A stretch of DNA of 55,131 nucleotides from SAR86 cluster bacterium. Its GTDB lineage: Bacteria; Pseudomonadota; Gammaproteobacteria; Magnimaribacterales; D2472. This document shows positions 44,935-54,939 of this stretch, in pieces (position 1 is the stretch's first letter; each line of letters begins with the position of its first letter). The translations under genes were made by a program, and so were the position numbers. The DNA lies in contig QOPC01000003.1 in assembly GCA_003331545.1 (NCBI GenBank), positions 1 through 55,131 on the forward strand, given 5' to 3'. The notes beneath the pieces are model-generated. The model was not told the origin of the DNA, ran no database searches, and was given only the letters and a program-made list of their open reading frames with translations.

Positions 44935-46998
44935 GTGGCTAATATTGAACTAACTCAGTTAAAGGGTATCGGACCTTCGATAGTTGAAAAACTTAACCTT
45001 ATTGGAATTTTTAACTTAAGAGATCTCTGCTTTCATCTGCCTTTTGGATATCAGGATAGGACAAAAACTACCCAAATAATTAACCTCCAGCCAGGCGATG
45101 AAAAATTAATTAGAGTGAAAATCCTGACTGCTCAATCGCTCTATAGGCCCAGAAAGATGATGGTTCTTAAATCTACTGATTCATCCTCTAATATTAATAT
45201 TCGCTTTTTTTATTTCCATCCTGCCCAAACAAGGCAACTCAAAGCTGGAACTGAGCTTTTGTGTTATGGAAAAGTAAGCCTCAGTAGATACGGATTAGAG
45301 ATGATACATCCGGAATATGAATTAGTAGCTAGTGATCACGAATTAAAAGATGAAAAACTTACTCCCGTATATAGGGTGCCAAAAGGCATAGGTCAAAAAA
45401 AAATAAGAGGCTTTATTCATGCTGCTATTTCAAAGCTAGATTTTGCAGAAGACTTTCTCGATGTGGAAAAATATGACTCATCTTTAAACATGAAAATTAT
45501 TGATGCTCTAGAGATCATCCATAATCCTGATGCCGGAATAGATATTGAAGAGATGCTTCCCGGAGGTTCACATCCGGCTAGAGTAAGATTGTTAAAAGAA
45601 GAAATGATTGCCTTTCAGGCTGGCATGGCATTTTTAAAGCGCAAGCAAAAAAGACATCAAGCCTATTCTCTTTCAAAAGAGGGTGAATGGACAAGAGAAG
45701 TAAAATCAAATTTTCCATTTGAGTTAACCAAAGCTCAAACAAAAGTTGTAAATGAAATTAAAGAGGATCTATCTCAGGTAGTTCCTATGATGAGATTGGT
45801 TCAAGGAGATGTTGGGTCAGGAAAAACAGTTGTCGGTGCATTAGCTGCCGCATTAGCCCTTGATTCATCTTTTCAGGTTGCTTTTATGGCGCCTACAACA
45901 CTGCTAGCAGAGCAACATTTTATTAGCTTAAAATCTTTTTTTAATAAACAAGCTAGAAAAGTTGCTTTGCTAACAGGGAGTACCTCGGCAAGTCAAAGAA
46001 AAAAAATCTTACAAGATCTTAAAGATAGTAAGATCAAATTATTGGTTGGAACCCATGCTTTATTTCAAAAGAGTGTGGGGTTTTCTAATCTTGCTCTCAT
46101 TATCATTGATGAACAGCACAGGTTTGGGGTGAATCAGCGACTAGCTTTGAGGAAAAAAAATGACTCTGAGACAGCAGCACCTCATCAACTTACATTAACG
46201 GCAACTCCTATTCCAAGAACGCTATCTATGAGCGTTTATGCAAACATGGATGTTTCTGTGATCGATGAGCTGCCTCCTGGAAGAAAACCAATTCAAACAT
46301 CCTGTTTACCGCTCAGTAGCAAAGATAAGCTTATTGAAAGAATATTGGCTGCAACAAGACAAGGCAGCAAAGTGTATTGGATATGCCCGTTGATTGAAGA
46401 ATCTGAAAACCTAGATTTAAATGCCGTCATGGAAACCTACGAGGAATTATCTGAACATTTTAGTCAAGATAAAGTTGGTTGCCTCCATGGCAAGCTATCA
46501 GCAAATAAAAAACAAGAGCAAATTCAAGCTTTCAAGGATTCCAAAACTTCAATCTTAGTATCCACAACCGTTGTTGAAGTCGGAGTCGATATCCCTGATG
46601 CAGATATCATGGTCATTGAAAATGCAGAAAGATTTGGTTTGGCTCAACTTCATCAATTAAGAGGAAGAATAGGCAGAGGAACCAAAGAAAGCTTTTGCAT
46701 TCTTTTGCACAAAGATAAGATTCAAGATATCTCATCACAAAGACTACAAGTGTTAGTGAGCTCTCAAGATGGTTTTAAAATTGCTGAAGAAGATCTAGTG
46801 ATTAGAGGTCCTGGGGAGATAATGGGCGCTCAACAAACAGGCATTGTACCAATGAAATATACCAATTTAATCAGAGACAGTCAGTATCTAATGGAAACCA
46901 AAAAAGTTGCAGAATTAATATGTAATGAGGAGCCTGAGCTTGCCAATCAGTTAATAGAAAGATGGATCTCAGGCTCTATAGCCTTTGCTGACGCTTAG
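44935..46998 (+). CDS. recG: ATP-dependent DNA helicase RecG
   Basis: 687 aa with a GTG start. It has a wedge domain, the FELT.AQ motif, helicase motifs GDVGSGKT, DEQHRFG, TATPIPRT and QLHQLRGRIGRG, and the TRG motif. Confidence 0.95.
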   Translation: MANIELTQLKGIGPSIVEKLNLIGIFNLRDLCFHLPFGYQDRTKTTQIINLQPGDEKLIRVKILTAQSLYRPRKMMVLKSTDSSSNINIRFFYFHPAQTRQLKAGTELLCYGKVSLSRYGLEMIHPEYELVASDHELKDEKLTPVYRVPKGIGQKKIRGFIHAAISKLDFAEDFLDVEKYDSSLNMKIIDALEIIHNPDAGIDIEEMLPGGSHPARVRLLKEEMIAFQAGMAFLKRKQKRHQAYSLSKEGEWTREVKSNFPFELTKAQTKVVNEIKEDLSQVVPMMRLVQGDVGSGKTVVGALAAALALDSSFQVAFMAPTTLLAEQHFISLKSFFNKQARKVALLTGSTSASQRKKILQDLKDSKIKLLVGTHALFQKSVGFSNLALIIIDEQHRFGVNQRLALRKKNDSETAAPHQLTLTATPIPRTLSMSVYANMDVSVIDELPPGRKPIQTSCLPLSSKDKLIERILAATRQGSKVYWICPLIEESENLDLNAVMETYEELSEHFSQDKVGCLHGKLSANKKQEQIQAFKDSKTSILVSTTVVEVGVDIPDADIMVIENAERFGLAQLHQLRGRIGRGTKESFCILLHKDKIQDISSQRLQVLVSSQDGFKIAEEDLVIRGPGEIMGAQQTGIVPMKYTNLIRDSQYLMETKKVAELICNEEPELANQLIERWISGSIAFADA

Positions 46999-47325
46999 TT
47001 ATCTGGTCAAAATCTCCATTGCTTTTTTATCATCTACTACAGGGACTATTGCAGATTCGCACACTTCGCTCCATCCATTAGCGAATTCAATTACAAGAGT
47101 CGGATCATCAGCCTCAACTATAACAATCCCGTTGCCAGTCGTGAGGTCATGATATCTAGCAAGCTTTTTAGAGCCCTCTAGGAATTCACCATCAAGTTCC
47201 TCTAACGTCATGGTAGCAAAAACTTTATATGCCTCTTGATTGCATTTGAAATCAATCATGTATACAGCTGCTTGTGATATGTTACAAAATAGTAACGCAA
47301 ACCCTAAAACAAAGTATTTATTCAT
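46999..47325 (-). CDS. small exported protein, DUF3303-like
   Basis: 108 aa. A signal peptide (LGFALLFCNISQA-A) is followed by IVIVEADDPTLVIEFANGWSEVCESAIVPVVDDKKAMEIL, which resembles the DUF3303 pattern (..DDP.L...W...W.....E.VPVV...EA). Confidence 0.45.
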   Translation of the reverse strand: MNKYFVLGFALLFCNISQAAVYMIDFKCNQEAYKVFATMTLEELDGEFLEGSKKLARYHDLTTGNGIVIVEADDPTLVIEFANGWSEVCESAIVPVVDDKKAMEILTR

Positions 47326-47353
47326 TTTATATCTCCAATAGAATTAATAATTT

Positions 47354-47382
47354 ATTATATGTAATCTTAAACAAACTGCCAG
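47354..47382 (-). promoter_or_regulatory. possible sigma70-like promoter for the DUF3303-like gene
   Basis: Minus-strand reading is CTGGCA (4/6), a 17-nt spacer, then TATAAT (6/6). It is followed about 20 nt later by GGAG and the ATG at 47325. Confidence 0.3.
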
Positions 47383-47465
47383 AGACCATTGCTCGGGGGT
47401 AAAAAATATATAACTTAAGAAATATGCCCTCTTCTTTTATCCATAAACTAGCCCCTTACTAAAAA

Positions 47466-48380
47466 CTAAGAGTGGTCCTGAGTTTCTGCTACAACAAAAT
47501 GTTCTAGATTAAATATTTGGTTTTGAGGCAAGGCTCTTCCAACTGGTGCAAAATACAAAGAGTTAAGATCATTGAATGTCACATTTTTTTTTATTGAGTA
47601 GCCATTTTGTGAAAACAAGCTTTTAATTTCGTCAGAACTATAAAATGATATCCAAGGCTCGCCTGCTTTTGCAGATAAATTTGTAATTAATTTAGCTCGT
47701 TTTGCAGCTCTAGGGTAATCCTTACCAAAACAGGCCTCAGGATTTTTATTTAGAAGTTCGTCGACATAAGATATAAAAAAAATTGAGCTTACTTTTTGAG
47801 TAAGCATCGCTATTTCTTTGATCGTTGATTTGACAGCCTCTTTAGTGATGTACTGTGATACTCCCTCGAGTGTGAAGATCGAAGGTTTGCTATCATCAAA
47901 TCCTGATTCTATGAGTTGTTTAGCTAAAGACTGATGGGTGAAATCAACTGTTAAATAAGTTACATTTTTTGAATTAGCTAATTTTGAGGGAAGTTTAGAG
48001 CGCTTTCTAGCTTGGACTTCAGGCTGATCTACTTCAAAGATTCTAACTGAGGGAGGAAGTTCTAGTCTATGAGCGCGGGAGTCATATCCTGCTCCCAAGA
48101 TCACATATTGCTCAACTCCATTTGAAGAACTCGTTTCAACTAAATTATCAATAAAACGCGTTCGTGAAATTAGATGCTCATGAAAACCAGGAACAAGCTT
48201 TTGAGTTAACCAAACGTTGAGCTTATGGCCCATAAGTTTGACGATGCCTGCACCTTTTACAAATCTTTCTGCATAGGGATCATTGATGATTCGTTCGTTA
48301 GATGTAGCCAGGGTTTCTATCAAACGTTGTTTGGCTACTCCCTGGGCTGTTCCATCTTTTAGAAAAATAGAGTTACTCAT
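47466..48380 (-). CDS. class I SAM-dependent methyltransferase (LCMT / TIGR00027-like O-methyltransferase family)
   Basis: 304 aa. RTRFID, VILGAGYDSRAHRL, FEVDQPEV, TLEGVSQY. Confidence 0.75.
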   Translation of the reverse strand: MSNSIFLKDGTAQGVAKQRLIETLATSNERIINDPYAERFVKGAGIVKLMGHKLNVWLTQKLVPGFHEHLISRTRFIDNLVETSSSNGVEQYVILGAGYDSRAHRLELPPSVRIFEVDQPEVQARKRSKLPSKLANSKNVTYLTVDFTHQSLAKQLIESGFDDSKPSIFTLEGVSQYITKEAVKSTIKEIAMLTQKVSSIFFISYVDELLNKNPEACFGKDYPRAAKRAKLITNLSAKAGEPWISFYSSDEIKSLFSQNGYSIKKNVTFNDLNSLYFAPVGRALPQNQIFNLEHFVVAETQDHS

Positions 48381-48426
48381 ACTTCCCTAAATACTACCAA
48401 AATAATTTTTTGAACATAAGCATGAG

Positions 48427-48457
48427 AAAAAAAAGCCCAAATATAATGGGCTTTTTT
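48427..48457 (-). terminator. rho-independent (bidirectional-looking) terminator after hppA
   Basis: AAAAAAGCCCA-aatataa-TGGGCTTTTTT. The hairpin is flanked by A and T runs and lies 26 nt downstream of the hppA stop. Confidence 0.6.
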
Positions 48458-48482
48458 ATAGATGTATAGTTTAAGATGAAAC

Positions 48483-50471
48483 CTAAAGCATCCCATTTAA
48501 TGATAATAAAGGAGCTATCACTAGACTCACAATTGCCATAACGTTAATGAGGATATTCATTGCCGGACCTGAAGTATCCTTGAACGGATCTCCAACAGTA
48601 TCTCCAACAACAACTGCTGCATGAGTGTCAGAGCCTTTACCACCAAGGTTGCCCTTTTCAACATATTTCTTTGCATTATCCCAAGCACCGCCTGCATTTG
48701 CCATAAATAAAGCCAATGCAACACAACCTAATAATCCACCAGCCAACATTCCGCCTAATGCCATTGCCCCTAGACCAAATCCAACAACTGCTGGCATTGC
48801 CACAGCAATAATGCCAGGTAGCATCATTTTCTTTAAAGCTGCTTTAGTTGCTATTTCAACACATTTTTCTGAATCAGGATCAGCAGTGCCTTCCATTAAG
48901 CCGGAAATTTCTCTGAACTGTCTTCGAATTTCATTAATCATCTCAAATGCAGCATCTCCAACAGCTGTCATGGTGATTGAAGAAATTAAGAAAGGAATAC
49001 AAATTCCTATAAACATTCCTACCAAGACAATTGGCTGTCCTAAAGATAAGGTGAACGCATCACCAAAATTAAGGCTTACAACTGCAGAGAATGCAGAAAT
49101 GATTGCAAGTGCTGCTAAAGCTGCAGCTCCAATTGCGAATCCCTTTCCAATAGCTGCTGTTGTATTTCCTAACTCATCTAAAGAATCTGTGATCTCTCTT
49201 ACATCCTCTCCCATACCAGCCATTTCAGCAATTCCACCAGCGTTATCTGCGACTGGACCATACGCATCAATTGCCATAGTGATTCCAACTGTTGACAGCA
49301 TGCCCACCGCAGCAATGCCCACTCCATAAACTCCTGAAAGAGTCGTAGAAATTAAAATAATTGTTGCTAAAACTAAAATTGGAATTACAACAGATTGCAT
49401 TCCAACTGAAAGGCCAGAAATCATAACTGTTGCAGAACCGGTTTCACCTGATTCAGCAATCTTTTTAACAGGGTTACCACCTGTATAGTATTCAGTGATT
49501 AAGCCAATTAGGACCCCACCAACTGCACCACAAACTACAGCCCACCATACATTCATCGAAACGCCTACCATGCTGTTAGTTAAGAAGTAAGCCATAACAA
49601 TAAATATTGCTGGAGCTAAAAGGGTTCCTGATCTTAATGCACTTGCAGGTGCCTTAGCAGACTGCAATTTAACAATTATGATTCCAATGATAGAGGCTAT
49701 TAAGCCAATTGAAGTTAAAGCCAATGGAAACATCATCATTTCTTTAGAGCCTAAAGTATAGGCTATGGCGATGGATGCAATCATTGATCCGCAATAAGAT
49801 TCAAAAATATCCGATCCCATTCCTGCTACGTCACCAACGTTATCGCCAACATTATCTGCAATAACTCCAGGATTTCTTGGATCATCCTCAGGAATTCCTG
49901 CTTCAATCTTGCCCACTAAGTCTGCACCAACATCAGCACTCTTAGTAAAGATGCCCCCACCAACACGAGAAAATAATGCTACAACTGAAGCTCCCATTCC
50001 AAAGCCTTCTAGGGCATGAACATGAGTTTCGCTAAAAAAATAAAAGAGGCCGCCTAATCCAATTAAACCAAGAGATGCGACGCATAATCCCATTACTGAG
50101 CCACCATAAAATGAAACGCTTAAAGCAGCAGCAGCGCCATCTTGCTGAGCAGCAGTTGCCGTTCTGACATTTGCTTTTGTAGCAGCATACATCCCAATGA
50201 ATCCTGCTAAAGAAGAACATGCAGCTCCAACAACAACAGCAATAGCTGATTGAATGGAAAGAAACCTTGCAACCAAAACAACTAAAACCAAAACAAATAT
50301 TAGTAAGTAGGTATATTCAGTCTTCATAAACTTCATAGCACCTTTATGAATTTCATCCCCTATCTTTTTAACCTGGTCTGTACCATCCGAATAACGCATG
50401 ACCAAACTAAACACCACTAAAGCTGCAAGTAACCCGACAACACCCAATGCAGGTGCAATTAATATATTCAT
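48483..50471 (-). CDS. hppA: membrane-integral ion-pumping pyrophosphatase, K+-dependent subfamily
   Basis: 662 aa with many TM helices. GGG(I)[50 protein letters not shown]. Confidence 0.95.
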   Translation of the reverse strand: MNILIAPALGVVGLLAALVVFSLVMRYSDGTDQVKKIGDEIHKGAMKFMKTEYTYLLIFVLVLVVLVARFLSIQSAIAVVVGAACSSLAGFIGMYAATKANVRTATAAQQDGAAAALSVSFYGGSVMGLCVASLGLIGLGGLFYFFSETHVHALEGFGMGASVVALFSRVGGGIFTKSADVGADLVGKIEAGIPEDDPRNPGVIADNVGDNVGDVAGMGSDIFESYCGSMIASIAIAYTLGSKEMMMFPLALTSIGLIASIIGIIIVKLQSAKAPASALRSGTLLAPAIFIVMAYFLTNSMVGVSMNVWWAVVCGAVGGVLIGLITEYYTGGNPVKKIAESGETGSATVMISGLSVGMQSVVIPILVLATIILISTTLSGVYGVGIAAVGMLSTVGITMAIDAYGPVADNAGGIAEMAGMGEDVREITDSLDELGNTTAAIGKGFAIGAAALAALAIISAFSAVVSLNFGDAFTLSLGQPIVLVGMFIGICIPFLISSITMTAVGDAAFEMINEIRRQFREISGLMEGTADPDSEKCVEIATKAALKKMMLPGIIAVAMPAVVGFGLGAMALGGMLAGGLLGCVALALFMANAGGAWDNAKKYVEKGNLGGKGSDTHAAVVVGDTVGDPFKDTSGPAMNILINVMAIVSLVIAPLLSLNGML

Positions 50472-50531
50472 CCTTTCTCTCCTATAAACAAGGGTTAGAT
50501 TCTATCAAATAAAATTTTATTTAATTAGTAA

Positions 50532-51794
50532 TCAAGCCTTTGAATTGAAAATATTTTCATCCAATTGATTCTCTGTTTTGGCAACTATACATGCAATTGC
50601 GGCGTCACCGGTAACATTTACTGATGTTCTGAGCATATCTAATACTCTATCGACAGCAAGAATGATTCCTATTGCCTCGAGCGGTAAATTAAATTGTTGC
50701 AAAATTATAATTAAAGTAATGGTTCCTGCCGACGGGACAGCGGCGGTGCCTATTGATGTAGCTACTGCAAGAAGCACTACTTGAACATATTGAAACAGTG
50801 TTAAATCAATACCAGACATCTGAGCAATAAATACTGTTGCCAACCCTTGCATAATAGCCGTTCCATCCATGTTGATAGTAGCTCCAACTGGCACTACGAA
50901 TGAAGCAACGTTCTGATTAACACCTAAATCTTGATTTACTGTTTTAAGGGTTACAGGAATTGTTGCTGCGCTCGAAGAAGTAGAAAACGCAAACAACGCA
51001 ACATCTTTCATTTTTCTATAAAAAATTAATGGGTTTAAACCGCCCACAAACTTCAAAAATAAAGAGTAAGTAAAAGCTGCATGAAATAATAAAAGAGCAA
51101 TAAGCAATACAACATATGCTAAAACATCCTGAAATATATCAAGCCCATCAGCAATAACAAATTTTCCGATTAGGCAAAATACACCCAAAGGTGCAAAGCT
51201 CATTATCATGACTATAAGCTGCAAAAATACCGTATTTAATTTGGCAAATGATTCGCTTAAGTTACCAGTCAAGTGATTCGTTTTATTTAAAGCTAAGCCA
51301 AATAAAATGCTAAAAAAAACTATAGCAAGCATCTGATTTTCTGCCATGGCTTGAATAATGTTTGAAGGGAAAATCCCAACAATGGTTGAGTATATTCCTT
51401 GGCCTTGAGGAAGAGAAGTTGGAGCCGCCATGACTATGTCAGATGAATAGTTTGATCCTGGTTGAAAGATAGATCCAGCAATCAAAGCAAGGGAAACAGC
51501 TATGCCTGTTGTTAAAAGATAAAAACCAACAGTTTTAAAAGTCAGCTTTCCTAAAGATTGTGAGCTACCCAATGAAGATATGCCTGTTACCAGAGAAAAA
51601 AAGACCAACGGGACTACCAAAAGTTTGAGGAGATTCATAAATATGTCCCCGCCCAGCTGAAAGATATATTTTTCTACGAAATCATCTGCGGAACTCGGAA
51701 CAAAGTCGGTATAAAAAAGAAGAGAGCCAACAACAAAACCTAAAATAAGACCAATGAGTATATTTTTGGTTAGGTTTTTTGGAGCATCGATCAT
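50532..51794 (-). CDS. dicarboxylate/amino acid:cation symporter (DAACS/GltP family)
   Basis: 420 aa. SSSAATIPV, GATINMDGTA and DRVLDMLRTSVNVTGDA are typical of the SDF/DAACS family. Confidence 0.9.
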   Translation of the reverse strand: MIDAPKNLTKNILIGLILGFVVGSLLFYTDFVPSSADDFVEKYIFQLGGDIFMNLLKLLVVPLVFFSLVTGISSLGSSQSLGKLTFKTVGFYLLTTGIAVSLALIAGSIFQPGSNYSSDIVMAAPTSLPQGQGIYSTIVGIFPSNIIQAMAENQMLAIVFFSILFGLALNKTNHLTGNLSESFAKLNTVFLQLIVMIMSFAPLGVFCLIGKFVIADGLDIFQDVLAYVVLLIALLLFHAAFTYSLFLKFVGGLNPLIFYRKMKDVALFAFSTSSSAATIPVTLKTVNQDLGVNQNVASFVVPVGATINMDGTAIMQGLATVFIAQMSGIDLTLFQYVQVVLLAVATSIGTAAVPSAGTITLIIILQQFNLPLEAIGIILAVDRVLDMLRTSVNVTGDAAIACIVAKTENQLDENIFNSKA

Positions 51795-51964
51795 TAAATC
51801 TCTTCCATTTCAAAATCTTCCTTGCCAACACCACAATCTGGGCATAACCAGTCATCAGGGACATCGTCCCATGCAGTGCCTGGCGGAATACCATCATCCG
51901 GCCAGCCCAATTCTTCATCATATATCAGACCACATACGATGCATTCCCATTTTTTATATTCCAT
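51794..51964 (-). CDS. rubredoxin (56 aa, absent from the supplied ORF track)
   Basis: My hand translation of the minus strand gives [56 protein letters not shown]. It has both CxxCG knuckles and the conserved aromatic core. The TAA stop (51796-51794) shares one nt with the symporter's ATG (51794-51792). Confidence 0.9.
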   Translation of the reverse strand: MEYKKWECIVCGLIYDEELGWPDDGIPPGTAWDDVPDDWLCPDCGVGKEDFEMEEI

Positions 51965-52052
51965 TATGTTTCACTTAGTTGATTTGAGTCCAAAAAGTCT
52001 CATTTAATAAAAATTAAGCAGGCTATAATATCAGATTTTAAAGATCTAATTC

Positions 52053-52541
52053 ATGCAACCGAAAAGAATTAACAAATGGCTTAATCAATCAGATTTATTG
52101 AGTCAAACTGATAATAAAAAAATTCTGAGCTGGCTCAATGAAGAAGGGTCAATTACAAAAAGAATTTCTTCTAAAACCAATTTTAAGCTTGAGATACTGC
52201 AGGATGACATCGGCAATGCGCAGGAAGAAGAATATAAGGCATTGAATATTATTCCTGAAGAAGTTCGTATCAGAGAAGTAATGTTATATGGCAATTCAGT
52301 ACCGTTAGTTTTTGCAAGAAGCATAATTCCAAAACCAGTATCAACAGAAGGATACCCTGGTTTAGGATCAATTGGATCAAAGCCTCTCGGAGATCTAATT
52401 TTTGAAAGTGATCTATTTATAAAAACCTATCGAGAATTTGCTGAGTTTCAAAATGATAGTAACGAAATCATCTGGGGACGCAGAACTCAATATCAAGTTA
52501 AAGGCTTCCCATTGAGCATTATGGAGGTCTTCTTATTCTAA
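52053..52541 (+). CDS. ubiC: chorismate pyruvate-lyase UbiC
   Basis: 162 aa. WL..EGS.TKR, REV.L......V.A.S..P, G..PLG..LF, WGRR, ..E.F. It is directly upstream of and overlapping ubiA. Confidence 0.8.
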   Translation: MQPKRINKWLNQSDLLSQTDNKKILSWLNEEGSITKRISSKTNFKLEILQDDIGNAQEEEYKALNIIPEEVRIREVMLYGNSVPLVFARSIIPKPVSTEGYPGLGSIGSKPLGDLIFESDLFIKTYREFAEFQNDSNEIIWGRRTQYQVKGFPLSIMEVFLF

Positions 52542-53383
52542 TGAGCAAGATGCTGGCTATTGCAGAATTGATGAGACTGGATAAGCCAATAGGCATATAT
52601 CTTTTAATGTGGCCAGCATTATTAGCACTTGTAATTAGTTCTGGTGGCAGTTTAAGCTATCAACACGTATTTATAGTTATTTTTGGAAGCGTCCTAATTA
52701 GGTCTATTGGCTGTGTAATCAACGATATATGGGATAAAGACTTGGATGGCGAGGTTGAAAGAACAAAAATGAGGCCAATTCCTAGTAATAGATTATCAAT
52801 ACTAGAAAGTTGGTGTATTTTTGGATTTTTAGGGATTTTAAGCTTATTTTTGTTAAGTTTTACTAATGCAAACACCATTTTTGTTAGCATTCTTTTTGGT
52901 TTATTGATAATTTTATATCCGCTAACCAAAAGATTTTTTATTGGACCCCAACTTTTCCTAGGTCTAACTTTTAATCCAACCATAATTGTTTACGCAATAT
53001 CCAATGAATTAAATAATCCAACTATGATTCCTCTCTATTTTTCTCTTGCAGCAATGACAGTTGCCTTTGATTCATTTTATGGTTTATGTGATCTTGAAGA
53101 TGATAAAAAGATAGGAATTAACTCAACTCCAATTTGGTGGGGATCCAAAACATTATTTTTAATTACTATTTTTCAATGTCTAGCAATTGCCTTATTGGTT
53201 ATAGTTGGATGGAAAGCAAAACTAAATTTTTTGTGGTTTGCAGGAATATTTTTTTTCACTGGTTTTTATTTTTATCAGCATCACCTTGCATCTAAAAAAG
53301 AATTTTTTTTAGCATTTAAAAATAATCATTGGGCTTCATTATATTTATTAGTTCTATCGTTAATTTGTTATTCGTTCATTTGA
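52541..53383 (+). CDS. ubiA: 4-hydroxybenzoate polyprenyltransferase UbiA
   Basis: 280 aa. LMRLDKPIG, NDIWDKDLD (first Asp-rich motif), RPIPS, and the second Asp-rich region D.EDD.K.G. Confidence 0.9.
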   Translation: MSKMLAIAELMRLDKPIGIYLLMWPALLALVISSGGSLSYQHVFIVIFGSVLIRSIGCVINDIWDKDLDGEVERTKMRPIPSNRLSILESWCIFGFLGILSLFLLSFTNANTIFVSILFGLLIILYPLTKRFFIGPQLFLGLTFNPTIIVYAISNELNNPTMIPLYFSLAAMTVAFDSFYGLCDLEDDKKIGINSTPIWWGSKTLFLITIFQCLAIALLVIVGWKAKLNFLWFAGIFFFTGFYFYQHHLASKKEFFLAFKNNHWASLYLLVLSLICYSFI

Positions 53384-54507
53384 TGTCATCAAAAATTCAA
53401 AAAATTGATCTAAGAGACAAGCAATTCTCAATCGAAGCCCGTAATCCATTCGAAAATTTTTCTTACTTGCGAGCAATGGAAGAAAGTAATTGTGCATCTG
53501 AAGAATCAGGATGGATTCCAGATCATCTAGGAGAAACAAAGAATGAGAAACTTTTGAGCTTTATACCTCTTTATAAAAAATTGAATAGCTATGGAGAATT
53601 TATATTTGATCAACAGTGGGCAAACGCATTACAAAGAACGGGAAGAAAATACTATCCAAAGTTTTTAACAGCCATTCCATTCACTCCATGTGAAGGAGAT
53701 AGAATTTTTGCTGAAACAAGGCATGAAAAATTTAAGTTAATTGATGCCGTGATAAATAAAATGAAAGAGGAAGAAGTAGAATCTTGGCACATACTTTTTC
53801 CAAACAAAGAAGGAGCGGCTATTTTTCGTGAAAGAAATTTCGTTGAAAGGTTTAACTATCGCTTTACATGGATCAATAATAATTTTAAAGATTTTGATGA
53901 TTTTTTATCAATTTTTACCTCCCGACAAAGAGCTACAATTCGCAAGGAGAGAAAAAGTATTTCTTCTATGGAAATAGAATTTAAATGTAAGAAATATGAT
54001 GAAATTACATTGGAAGACTGGGATATATTTTATAAATTCTATCAAAAAACTTATTACGAAAGAGCTCAAAATCCGTATCTAAATAAAGAATTTTTTAAAA
54101 TATTAAATACCGCAAATCAGTTAGTTAAACCAATAATATTTTTTGCTGAATACAATGGGGAAGCTATTGGAGCTTCGCTTTGTTTTGAGGGAGAAAATAC
54201 ATTATATGGAAGGCATTGGGGAGCGACAAAAAATGTTAAAAATCTTCACTTTGAATGTTGCTATTATCAAGGGATAGAATATTGCATCAAAAATAATTTG
54301 AAATTCTTTGATCCAGGAGTACAAGGTGAGCATAAAATTAGGCGTGGTTTTCAACCACAATTGAGCACATCGTTTCACTATTTTTTAAAAGAAGATTTAA
54401 GGGATGCAATTAAAAGCTTCTGTGAATCAGAGAAACTTCAAATAGAAAATTACATTGAGGCCTGTAAAACATATACACCATTTAACAAAAATAATAAGAT
54501 TGAATGA
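53383..54507 (+). CDS. FemAB-like / GNAT-fold N-acyltransferase (DUF482-type)
   Basis: About 374 aa from ATG 53383 (TGATG overlap with the ubiA stop). GWIP.HL, P.YKK..SYGEF.FD..WA, RKY.YPK....PFTP, GRHWG and FDPG.QGEHK..RGF.P resemble the Pfam FemAB_like/DUF482 family. Confidence 0.6.
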   Translation: MSSKIQKIDLRDKQFSIEARNPFENFSYLRAMEESNCASEESGWIPDHLGETKNEKLLSFIPLYKKLNSYGEFIFDQQWANALQRTGRKYYPKFLTAIPFTPCEGDRIFAETRHEKFKLIDAVINKMKEEEVESWHILFPNKEGAAIFRERNFVERFNYRFTWINNNFKDFDDFLSIFTSRQRATIRKERKSISSMEIEFKCKKYDEITLEDWDIFYKFYQKTYYERAQNPYLNKEFFKILNTANQLVKPIIFFAEYNGEAIGASLCFEGENTLYGRHWGATKNVKNLHFECCYYQGIEYCIKNNLKFFDPGVQGEHKIRRGFQPQLSTSFHYFLKEDLRDAIKSFCESEKLQIENYIEACKTYTPFNKNNKIE

Positions 54508-54939
54508 ATGTATAAGACTTTGAAAACAAAAAATCATTTAACTACCTGTAGTGCAAATTTTACTAGACTAAAAAAAATACTAGGCAATTTTCAAAAGGAT
54601 AGATACGCTTTTGAAATTCTTCATTCCAATAATGAGATTGAAGCTGAATTTTTAATTATCTCAAGAACTTCTCACACTCTGTCAGTCGAGGCAAAATTAA
54701 AAAATTCAGACGATCCATTCGTGAATTTTTTATTAAGAATTAATATTTACATTGATGCGCAATTAGCAGAGGTGATTTCATATCAACAAGAGAAACCTGT
54801 GCCATTTTTTGTCACTTCTCCTTTTTCACAATCCCAAGATGAAAAATATCAACAAAATAGAATTCTAACTGAATGGTTAGAGATAATTTTTTTGAATGGA
54901 GCTATTGATGCAAAAGAGATTACTTTATTGAATGACTAA
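54508..54939 (+). CDS. DUF1249 protein (YqiB-like)
   Basis: 143 aa. C.ANF.RL..IL, I.IY.DAQLAEVIS and DEKYQQNRIL.EWL......GA are colinear with E. coli YqiB. It is followed by a yqiA-like gene, as in E. coli. Confidence 0.7.
   Translation: MYKTLKTKNHLTTCSANFTRLKKILGNFQKDRYAFEILHSNNEIEAEFLIISRTSHTLSVEAKLKNSDDPFVNFLLRINIYIDAQLAEVISYQQEKPVPFFVTSPFSQSQDEKYQQNRILTEWLEIIFLNGAIDAKEITLLND

Noticed and set aside
48625-49329. 234-aa ORF on the plus strand, antisense to hppA
   Set aside because: It lies entirely within the well-supported pyrophosphatase gene. The translation is low-complexity (Ala/Pro/Ile/Ser-rich) with no recognisable motif. This is a typical shadow ORF opposite a biased membrane-protein gene.
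50507-50522. Perfect 16-nt palindrome AAATAAAATTTTATTT between the symporter and hppA as a terminator
   Set aside because: It is an all-A/T stem with negligible stability. Such palindromes are expected by chance in AT-rich spacers.
51682-52007. ORF-track entries 51682-51921 (-), 51754-51978 (+) and 51822-52007 (+)
   Set aside because: All three are alternative frames over the rubredoxin gene and the symporter's 5' end. The rubredoxin frame explains the region with a textbook protein.
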